Source: Balamuthia mandrillaris
Lineage: Eukaryota
Reading direction: 5' to 3'
Assembly: GCA_031835245.2 (NCBI GenBank)
Contig: JAVKOQ020000072.1
Span: forward strand, 1 to 64,000
DNA: 64,000 bases
The stretch's first letter is position 1. Every line of letters starts with the position of its first letter. Below the pieces are notes generated by a model. That model did no database searches, had not been told where the DNA came from, and saw only the letters and a list, made by a program, of their open reading frames with translations. The position numbers and the translations under genes were made by a program. Shown piece by piece: positions 48,101 to 58,875 of the stretch.

Positions 48101-49766
48101 GGCAGCCCTTCAAGAGGAGGTTGATGAGAAAGAGGCCGCAATTGCCGAGATCAAGAACCAAGCCGCTCAGCTGGAGGAAGAAGTTGCCGCCATTCAAGAA
48201 GAGATCAACCGGGCTGGCGGTAAACCTCTTCGCCAACAAAAGGCCACGGTGCAACAGCTCAATGAAGAGATTGATCGCCTTGCCGCCGCTCTGACCAAAG
48301 ACGAGGTGCAACTCTCCTCTGCTAAGAAGTTGGTGCGCAAAGTGGAGAACACCATCGAGAAGACTCAGAGAGAGATGCAAGAGGCGGAGGAGAAGTTCCA
48401 GGAAACTAAAGAACGAGCTAAGGGCTTGGAGGAAGATGCAGAGCGGGTGTTGCAGGACTTTGAGGCGGCCAAGCAAGCCCTCGCCGCCAAGGAGGAGAAG
48501 ATGAGACACATACAGAGACAGTACGATGAGATCAAGGAGAGAGTGGCCGGCATGCGCTCGAGAGAGGTCGAAGTGGAGAACCAACTGGCGGATGCGAGCA
48601 AGAACCTCCAGCAGCATCAGAAGAAGGTGCAGATGTGGACTCAACGCCTACACGAGGTCATGCTCAAATATTCTCGCTTGTGCAGCGAGCATGAGCTTCC
48701 TGGTCAAACAGAAGGGCAGGAACAAGAGAAGCAGAAGGAAAAGGAGAAGGAGAAAGAAAAAGAGGGAACGGAAGAAGAGGAAGAGGAAGAGGAAGAAATG
48801 GAGAAAGAGCAGGAGACAGAAGCAAATGAAGGAGATGCTATGGATGAAGAGGAAGAAGGTGACGAAGAAGAGACGGAAGGCTCTTCTTCCAACCGGAAAG
48901 CAAAGAAGAAACAAATACCCTCTGCTTCCGCAAGTTCACTGCCAATGCTCTCCACGAGCGAGTTGGAACGATGTGACCCTCAGCAACTGGAATGCGACAT
49001 TGGCCTACTTCAAGAGGAGCTCTCCAAGATGAAGCCCAATGTGACCGCCATCACCCAATACAACGAGAAGCAGGCGGAGTACTTGCGCCGTGCTGCCCTG
49101 CTGGAAGAAATAACTTGCAAGCGTGACACCCAACGGCAACGCTGGGACCAGCTGCGCAAGTCTCGATTGGACATGTTCATGGAGGGCTTCTCCCAAATCA
49201 CCATGAAGCTCAAGGAGATGTATCAAATGATCACCATCGGAGGAGACGCCGAGCTGGAGCTGGTCGACAGCTTGGATCCGTTCAGCGAGGGCGTGGTGTT
49301 CAGCGTGAGACCTCCCAAGAAGAGCTGGAAGAACATCATCAACCTGTCTGGCGGAGAGAAGACCCTGAGCAGCTTGAGCTTGGTCTTTGCTTTGCACCAC
49401 TATAAGCCCACGCCAATATACATCATGGATGAGATCGATGCGGCTCTGGACTTTAGGAACGTCTCCATCATCGCCAACTATATCAAGGACCGGACCAAGG
49501 ACGCCCAGTTCTTGATTGTCAGCTTGAGGAACAACATGTTTGAGATGGCGGACCGAATGGTGGGCATCTACAAGACGAACAACTGCACGAAGAGCATCAC
49601 CATCAATCCCCATCAATTCGTGTTGCCGACGAATACTTCTTCTCTGGCCTCAACAACTTCAAAGCAGAAGAAGAAAGGGCTGAGACAGACAGCTGTCGCG
49701 GAGGAGGAGGAAGAAGAGGGGCAGGAGAACGTGGATCCGAATGCATCGCTCTCCACATCGTTTTGA
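45120..49766 (+). CDS. SMC4: Condensin subunit SMC4
   Basis: 1548-aa ORF; [37 protein letters not shown], hinge [38 protein letters not shown]. Confidence 0.98.
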   Translation: [1548 protein letters not shown]

Positions 49767-50426
49767 AGCAACGTTGTTTTTTAAACAATTTGTAAATTTT
49801 TTGTCTTATGAAAGAAATTGTGATGGTGTCGCCACATAAGTCTACACACGTGTCCCCTCACACAGCTAAGCACCGTTACAAGTGTCGACATCGGAGTAGT
49901 CCTGGTTGAACCATTGGAGTGTTGTTTTCCGATCCGTTTGCCCTGCTGACCGTACGTCTGCGGGGCATCTTTGGGATACTCCTCTGCTCGTGGCCTACGC
50001 CTAACATTCACCGACGACGAGAGGGAGGACAGTTCCGAAAATGATGAATGTTCTCTTCGAAATAATTGGACAGAACGACTTTTGTTGTGAAATTTGTGGA
50101 CAATCTGAAAAAATATCATATTTCGGGAAAATGGATAATTTCATTAATTTTTCAACTAAATTGATTAACGGAAGCGATTGATCACCCCTGCTGATGTCAT
50201 TTACTCCCAAATAAGGAAAAATCAGACATTACGCCAATGGTAATTCAGAACAGGCTAAACAATCAAAAATCAGAAACCGTAATTAATCGAATCAAGTTAA
50301 CGTTTATTTTTTTTGCCGATCTGCTTTTTGGAACAGTTTATTGTGCGAAGGGCAATAAAAACAAGAACAAAAAAAAAAACCGCGAACACTAACACCCAAC
50401 CAAGCTTACAAACAACAAAAACCGCA

Positions 50427-50825
50427 ATGGCTGTAGCTCGTACTGCTCTCTGCCTCTTTGGCCTGCTTTTCTTGTTCGCTTCCTGCAACGCCACTGTCAC
50501 TCTTGAAGGTAAAATTATTATTTTTTTTGTTGTTGTCTCTTTCCGTTCAAGAAAACAAATCACACAATCAAGAAAAAAAAAAAAACAAACAAACAAACTA
50601 ACATCTCCCCTCTTCTCTGCCTCTGCTCTTTTTTTTTTTGTTCTTGTTTGTCTGGAAAAAAACAGAGTTGGCAGGAACATGGAAGGGAGAATGCGAGGTT
50701 TTCCCTGAGGGCGGCTCCGGTGTCAGTTATGTCACCTTCAAGACCGAGCCCCTCGAATACGAACTTCACATCGGTAACTCTCTGTTCTTTCTTCCCTCTC
50801 TTCTCTCTGTTTTCTCTCTCTCTCT

Positions 50826-50869
<44 letters not shown>

Positions 50870-51610
50870 GTTCTTTCTCTGTTCGCTAACCCATTTGTTC
50901 TTCTTCAACAAAAACAACAACAAAATATAACAGAGAGTTTCCTTTCTTTCGACTGTAATGGTATGGTGGCCGCCTACTACGACGAAGGAGGCAACGACAG
51001 CAGCTTCGTGGAGACCGACTTTGATTTCGGCTCCGACAGCGACCTCGCCGAGGAGGGCCAGGTCTACGAGTTCAACAACACCCTGACCTACCGCACCATG
51101 ACCGCCTTGCACGAGCTGGCCAGGGGAAGGTTCATGAACAGCGAGTGCTTCGAGGAGGAGCTGCCCTTGAACGAGGCCATTGACGTGCTGGACTTGGTCT
51201 GCCTGGACCTGCGCTTGGATTGTTTGGATCACGTCTTGAAGCAAATCCTCCAAGGTTTGTTTTTTTTATCGATTTTATCGTGATTTTTCGAATGTCTATT
51301 ATTTTTATCGATTTCTTCGATCATTTTTCATTTGTTTTTGGTTATTTCATCTTATTGCTATTTTATCGATATTTTTACGCTCTTGCTGATTTTTCTACGT
51401 TTTATTGCGATAAAACAAACAGTGCAGAGGGATGAGAACGATGATGTGGTTCAGATCCGTTTCGGCTTTGAGGGAGTCTACGACTTGTGTCAGATCCCTC
51501 GCCCCATCGAACTCGGGGTGGCCTACACCCGCTACACCCCCTCCGAATCCAGCGACAGCGAGGACGGGGATGGCTCTGGCGCCCTCTCCTTGAAGCCTTT
51601 TGTGCTCTAA
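50427..51610 (+). CDS. Secreted acidic protein, possible APCDD1-like domain (4 exons)
   Basis: Signal peptide MAVARTALCLFGLLFLFASCNA; LAGTWKGECEVFP; spaced cysteines; GC-rich exons. Confidence 0.7.
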
Positions 51611-51792
51611 ATAACAAAAATATAATAAGAAAAAGAAAGAAAAGAAAGAAAACAAAAACCACTTTTTGTTTCTTTTTTTTTTTAAAAGTGCAACTTAAAA
51701 AAAATAATCATTATTGCAACCCTCTTTCTCTTCTCTCTCCTCATCTCTTCTGCTTCTCTTCTCATCCTCTCTCTCTCACTCTCTCACTCTCA

Positions 51793-51827
<35 letters not shown>

Positions 51828-51831
<4 letters not shown>

Positions 51832-52377
51832 GGTCCTGCTCTTTCGTGCTTTGAGGCTTCTCTGGCAGCTCTTACAATGTCCTGTCCTTCGTTGAAGCTC
51901 CCGCCTCCTCCCCTGGTAACCTCTTGTTCGTGCAGATGACGCTGCTCCACTTTCTCTCTTTCTTCGATGACGTGAATGGTTTGTTCCTGCATTTTGTGAA
52001 CGTCGCTGGTGGCCTCTCGCTCTGCCTTGACAATGACTTCGCTATCAGAGGCTAAAAGGTCGTTCCATCCGGGCACTTCTGGAATGGATGATACCGTTTC
52101 TCCTGTTTGTTTGTTTTATAATGTTTTATCAGAGGAGTAAAACAGAAGAGAGAAAGAGAGAGAGAAGCATACCATGAAGGTTGAGCTGTTTCTGCTTCTC
52201 AGCCTCGCGCATGCTCTTCTCAGGTTGCTCAGGGTCTTGGATGCGTTGATCATGAGAGTGAATCAGTCGAGTGGAAGAGAACGTTGAGGTCCTGAGCCAT
52301 GGGCGAAGCGCCACGGTTTGGGCTCCACTGGGAGAGAGGAACAGTGCTTGCTTTCGAACAGTGCAAAATCGTGACAT
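51828..52377 (-). CDS. Small putative mitochondrial protein (2 exons)
   Basis: Arg/Ser-rich presequence MSRFCTVRKQALF...; motif PGWNDLLASDSEVIVKAER recalls an uncharacterised fungal/protist family. Confidence 0.65.
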
Positions 52378-52619
52378 ATTCTGGTGTAGTAAATAAAGCA
52401 CACGTGTTGTCTGGCTTTCAACTTGTGTTTGTTGCACTTTTGAAAGAGAAAAGAGAGTTAAGATAACTGGTTCAAATAGCAGTTTCATGTCAATTTTCTG
52501 TTTGCTTTCTTCCCCCTTTCCAGCGGTTTTCTATCTTATCATTTTGATTCGCTTTCGTTTTGTTCAGGAAAAGAAGAAAACAAAAAGAAAAGAGACGCAC
52601 GAGGAGAAGAAACTTACCT

Positions 52620-53660
52620 TCAGCAGTATGTGTTCAATATTTTGGTGATAATGATGTCTCGCAGGTGCTTCAAAGTGAGCTCGAGCCAATCTTGGTCCGT
52701 TGGATGCACGAATATAGTTCTGATTTGGCGTCGAGGCTCTCTGTTCTTCTCGTTGAAGCGATCTTTTAGATATTTACAGGCTGCCTCGTAGTTGTCTCCT
52801 CCTAGGCACAACAAACGTGAACAAAGAGTGTTTGTAACTGTGAAAAGAAAGAAGGAGAGGCAAGACTGAGGGACAAACAAAGCAAACCTTCATAATCAGG
52901 AAAAGCTATACCAAGATCTCTCTGTCCAAGCTTCTCCTTCAACAGCTCCACGTTCAAGCAAAGCACTATCTCCGCGCGGCGGAACCACACCGTCTCACAG
53001 ATCTCTTGAAACATTTCCAAGCCAAAATGTATTCTCGTTTTGTTGTCGTTGTATTCGTCCACTTTGCCATAGTCGCTCGCTGAAACGCAGAAGAAGAGGA
53101 CAGGAACGTCTTCTAACTGATGTATCCATTTGGAACGCTGCCCACGAACGTAGCTGATGTCTATGAAATGAAAGAAAGCGTTGTCCACAGAGAGGATGGC
53201 CTCGTGGATGCCATCGCCTGTTCCGCTTCCTGCCTCAGCGTCTGTTGCCGGTAAGACTCTGTTCTGCTCGGCATCCACCACGCGTTGAAAGATAGCAGCT
53301 TTACATTCTTGATCCGTTCCTGTAGGAAGAAGAAACATTAGAAGCAGAACAGAAGGAGGAGGACGAGAAGCACAGCAACAAAGAAGAAGAAGAAAGAACA
53401 ACACCAAAAGCCAACAACAACATCAGACAACAACAAGGAGGAGGAGGAGGAGATGAAGAAGAACAGATCACTATGAAAAATGTAGCAGGGGAAAAAAAAT
53501 ATTTCAAACCAAGGAGCAACACCCTGAAATGGCAGTGTTGGCTCAGACGTGCTTGTGCCAGTTGGGCCTCTATCTCTTTATGCTTTGCCCGGCGAGCCGC
53601 AGCCAGCTCCTTCCCTTCGGCGTTCGCCCCGGAGCAGAAACAACTCCCACCCCCTAGCAT
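52620..53660 (-). CDS. Highly divergent G-protein alpha-like protein lacking the helical domain (3 exons)
   Basis: KEIEAQL...RVLLLG, GIHE, GQRSKWIH, FCVSASDY, LEMFQEIC, FPDYEGGDNYEAACKYL, LRDII are G-alpha landmarks. Confidence 0.85.
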
Positions 53661-53954
53661 GCCTTTTGCTCTCTTCTTGCTTGTTCGAAGCGCTACAGAC
53701 GAGGATAGATCAAAGTTTGAATTTTTTTCGAAGCGACAAATCAAAAATCAAATGATAGAGAGTGAAAATCATACCATTGGCTCCGATTAAATTACGTTAT
53801 GATCTTATGGAATGCAAAAAGTTTTATTGCCAGCCCTTCCACGCGCTCTATCTGCCGTTCCCTTCGCCTTCTTCGTTCTGTCTCATGCTGTTTCTGATCA
53901 TTCTCCGCGCTGCTTCTCTCCCTCCCTCCTGACACCTCTCTCTCTCTCTCTCCC

Positions 53955-54042
<88 letters not shown>

Positions 54043-54404
54043 GCTTGCTCTCGCGACCTGGCAGGTGCTCTCTGAAAACATGTGGCGAACGAAAAAGAAA
54101 AACACGTGCGTCGTTGATGCTAAGCGCGAGGCAAAAAAACCTCGGTTGGCTGGTGCCGCTCACGGGACCGCTGAAAGCCCGGTTCAACCAAAGCGGAGGT
54201 TTCATATCCTGAGTTTTATTATCGCGCAAAAGGGGCATTGGCTCTTGCGGTGCTCCATCATTTGGCAGCTGCCATTGCTGAACTTCCTGCTTCCATCGAA
54301 TTGAACGAGCCCAAAGGGGAGTCCCGAACAAACCGGCATAAACAACAACAACAACGATAACGACAACTGCAATAACGACAACCACTATACCCATCCCTCA
54401 CGAG

Positions 54405-54458
54405 ATGCCCCTTTGCCAACCAACCCTAACTACAGGTTGCTTTAATTCTACATTGGAA

Positions 54459-54496
<38 letters not shown>

Positions 54497-54519
54497 TCTT
54501 TGTTTCTCTTTTCTCACCC

Positions 54520-54565
<46 letters not shown>

Positions 54566-56146
54566 CCCACTGTTCTTCATAGGGGGACAAACCTGGTGGA
54601 TAACCTTACAGCAGGACGCGCATTTCGCCCTCCAGAAGCACAAGACAGGACCTCCCTTACGACAGGCTCCTCCGTTGCGCATCCTGCTGCGCGGCTCGCA
54701 CAGTTTTCTCGTTGCAGAGACCGACGATGAGAAACGGCTCTATCAAGAATGGGACTTGTTGAGGCTTCTCCTGATCCACTTCCAAGATACGAAGGCCAAG
54801 CTTTGCTCAGCGACCAGACGAGAGGAAGGGGAGGATGGAGACGACGAGGAAGCCCAACATGAGAGAAGAGGAGAGGCGAGCGAATATCAAGAGGAGAGAA
54901 AAGACGAGCTGCTGAAAGACTTTGCTGCATTTTTGATGGACCAGCATTACGCTCTGAAGAAACTGGTAAGCAATACCTGCGTTTATTTCTGCGCGTTGTT
55001 TCTTTTTTTTAAAATTCTTTTTCTTCTTCTCTTCTCTTCTGTTCTCTGTTCTCCCTTCTCTTCTGTGCAGGTCAATCCAACAACGAACAGTTACGTCCTC
55101 ACAGAAGTGCAGAAAGTTGTAGAACTAGCAGTAGCCGATGACTTTGGCTCTTCACTGCCTCCTTCTTCCTCTCCGTCTTTTTCTGATGCTTCCTCTCCTT
55201 CTTCCTCTTCTCCTTCTTCATTTCTAGTACCATCTCTTTCCACCTCTTTCAGCGTCACTTCTTCAGACGGGAGCATCTCACAAAGAGAGAGCTTGCAGAG
55301 CGAAGATGACTTTTCATCCTCCTCCACACCGACGACGCCTCGTACATTATTCGAGGAACAGTTAAGACACAACTCACAAGAAGATCTGTTCGATAGCGAT
55401 CAAGAGATGAAAGAAACCTGGGCTTTAGGTTTGTTGTTTTCTTTCGTTTCTTTCTATCTTTCTTGTCCCGTCCTCTATGCTTCTCCGCTTCTCCGCTTCT
55501 CTCTTTCTCTCTCTTCTTCCGTCTTTTGGCTTTCTCTCTGCTTCTCTTTCTCTCTTTCTCTCGCTCTGTACTCTTCTCTCCTCTTTTCACCTCCTCTCAC
55601 TCTCCTGTTCTCTTCCTGACACTTGTGTTACATAGATCCTAGTGATATAAAGGAGTTTAGGGAGCTGTTCAAACTACCTTCAGATGAACCATTCATCGAT
55701 TGTACATTCTTTCGTCCGCCCAAGCTCAACCTTGTCTTCCCATCTAACTTGGCGGCTTCATACAGATTTTGAGTGTGTATTGAAGAACGGTTTTGGGACA
55801 TCCAACTTTCAGGGTCACCTTTACGTTTGGCAGCATTATGTTTGCTTCGCTCCCAAGAATTATAGTCGCTCAAAGGTACATCTTCTTTTTTTCGGGCTCT
55901 TGTTCTTCTTATTCTGGTTCTTTTTTCTTCAGCTTGTTATTCTTCTTCTTCTTCTGCTGCTGCTGCTTTCCTCATTGTTCATATTTTTAAAACACCCTCA
56001 CCAACAGAAAAAAAAGTTGGTGTTGTGTTTCGTGGATATACTGATGATGCGGAAACATTCCTCTTTGCGTATCACTGACGCTATTGAGATTCGTCTGAGC
56101 AACGAACACGTTTGTTTTTATCTCCCATCATTTTTCTTTCTTTCTT

Positions 56147-56190
<44 letters not shown>

Positions 56191-56925
56191 TCATAACACA
56201 CACACACTCTCTCTCTATCTGATGTCTTGTATTCTATTGCAGTATTCGTTTTTCTCGTTCGTGTCTCGGGATCCTTGTTTCTCTATTTTAGAATACTTAT
56301 GGAAGTTGCGACATGAAACGGTTTGTGCTCTTGTCTCCTTTTTTCGTCCGTTTATCTCTTTCTTACTGCAAACACCAGGAACCTATTGTTATTTCGGGAA
56401 AACCCATTGCGCAAATGTTAGGACACGTGAAGTATCCCAAAGAAAGCGGAGCATTCAAGCAGCTATTTGCCGAGGTTTGGAGTCCCGACGACTCCTTCGT
56501 TGAACGTTTGTTCTCTCTCCCTCTGTTCTCTCTCTTCTGTTGTTCCTAACACATAGCCAAAAGACTTCTCCTGTTCTTATCACGGAGATGTTTTGAAATT
56601 GAAGGTATCTATTCTTCTCGTTCATTCTTGTAGTTTGTTTCTTCTTTTACTTTCTTTGTCGTGTTTTGTGTTTATCTTTTTCTTACCTCCCTAAATAAAC
56701 AGGGACGATTGTATGTGACACAGAATTATATTTGCTTCCAGTCGGAAACGGTGTTCATCAGCAAGCACCTGAAGGTCGTCATCCCAATTGCCAATGCTTT
56801 GGGCGTCAAGAAACAACATACATCGTTCATCTTTTCCAATGCTTTGGAGCTCACCACGCCAGAGGGAAACGTACGTTTTACCTTTCTTCTTTACTTCGCT
56901 CTGTTGTGCGAATAGCTAATATGAA

Positions 56926-56964
<39 letters not shown>

Positions 56965-57730
56965 AAACATCATAGTATGTGTTTTCAGGGTTCTTGTCCT
57001 GGGATAAAGCCTTTCGTGTCATTTCATTCCTGCTAGAACGAGCAAAATACGTTAGTTTTTCTTACTTCTTGTTTCTTTTTCTCTTTTTGGTCTGTCTTAC
57101 ACAATGCATTCTTCAAGAACAAGGAGCATTACATTCCGCGAGTAATGGTAATAGGAGGGTCAACTGCAATAGGGGTGGCATTGATCAGGCTGCTCGTTCA
57201 GCACGTCAAGGTGAGGGCCATCGTTCGGTCGAAGCAAAGAAAGGCCGAGCTCGAGAGCATTGGTGCGGAGGTGGTGCAGCTTGACTTGGACGATGCGTCC
57301 CCAGACCCGCTTCTTGTGCAACGGGCCTTTAGTGATGTGGATAGAATCTTTTTCAAGCAAGGAGTGGTACGTACCATTCTTCTCTGTAATGTGTTCTCTA
57401 CTTTGACTTCTGCTATTCCTTTTGTTTCTTAATGCTCAACACATTATAGACACCAAATGTACTTGAGCAAACACAATTCATCATAACAGAGGCACTCAAG
57501 GCAGGCGTCTCTCACATTGCTAAGGTCTCTCCATTGGGAAGCAAGAATGGAACAGGCAGCGTGGCGAGCTTGCATCTAGCAGCGGAGAGACAAATAGAAG
57601 CCAGCGGTATTCCCTTTACCGTGCTTCGACTTAACGCTTACATGCAAAACTTGATCGACCATTTTTCTAGTGCGGAAGGGACCATTTATTTTCCAGTAGG
57701 CCAAGCCAAAGTAAGCCTTTTCCTTTAACT

Positions 57731-57766
<36 letters not shown>

Positions 57767-58839
57767 CTCTCTCGCTCTCTCTTGCTCTCTCTCTCTCTCT
57801 CTCTCTCATTTTCTCATTTTTATTTAAATAACAATAGATAGCATGGCTGGATACTAGGGACGTCGCTGCATGCGCTGCCCATATTCTTTGCCATCCGGAC
57901 ATTTCCAAATATAACAGAGCAATGTACGTTCTTGTCCCTTCCACTTTCCTTCTATCTGTCATGTTTCTTCTCCCTCCTTCCATCTTCCAGCTATCGTCTC
58001 CCTCGTTATCTCTTCCTCTGCTGCTTTCTTCATGTTCTCTTTTTATCTGCAATACCATCTTACAAAAACAAAAACAAAACTAGATATGAGTTAACAGGAC
58101 CGTGTGCCATTACTTGCGATAGAGTGGCCCAGCTTCTCTCCGCCGCTCTCAAACGGTCCATCAAAGTATATGACGCTGAGACGGCCGAAGCGGCCAGAGG
58201 TCCCCTCCCGATGCTTGTTGGGCGATCCGATTGGCTGGTGTCCACCATGATGGAGCTATACGAGTACTTTCGGCAAGGCAACGGCGAGTACCTCACCACT
58301 CATGTCTTTGATATATTGGGCCGAGCGCCACATACTGTGGAGGAGTTCATTGAGGCCCACCGAAGAGAGTTTTTAACCGACCGAAAGAATTATTGTACCT
58401 TTCTCCTTTCCTTTTCTTCTCTGTTGCTTTGTTGTTTGCTAACGTGGCTTGTTGTTTTTGGTTTGTTTTTGTTTGCAGTTGACCACTCCGAAATAGAGGT
58501 GCTCCACTCTCAGTTCAGTCGTTTGGATAAAAACTCGGATGGCTTCGTGGACCTCCAAGACTTTTACAAAGGAATGGGAGGAGTGTTATCTCAGTGCCCT
58601 CCATTGGTCGAAGGACTCTTTCGTGCCTTTGATACGACCCACGAGAAGAAAATAGACTTTAGTCAGTTTCTTCAGTACGTTTTCCTAGTATTTTTGTACT
58701 CTTTTCTTCTTTTGTAACTGTCTCGTTTTCGCTTTGAAGTGGAATGAGCATTCTCATGAAAGGAAATTTGACCGAAAGACTCGAATGTACCTCTGCCTCT
58801 CTAACTATTCTCTACATTTCAATTTTTTATGGACTTACC

Positions 58840-58875
<36 letters not shown>

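Noticed and set aside
45549..49616. Long antisense ORFs over SMC4, and similar ones over H4, DUF488, the desaturase and the fimbrin-like gene
   Set aside because: Shadow frames caused by GC-rich codon usage of the real genes.
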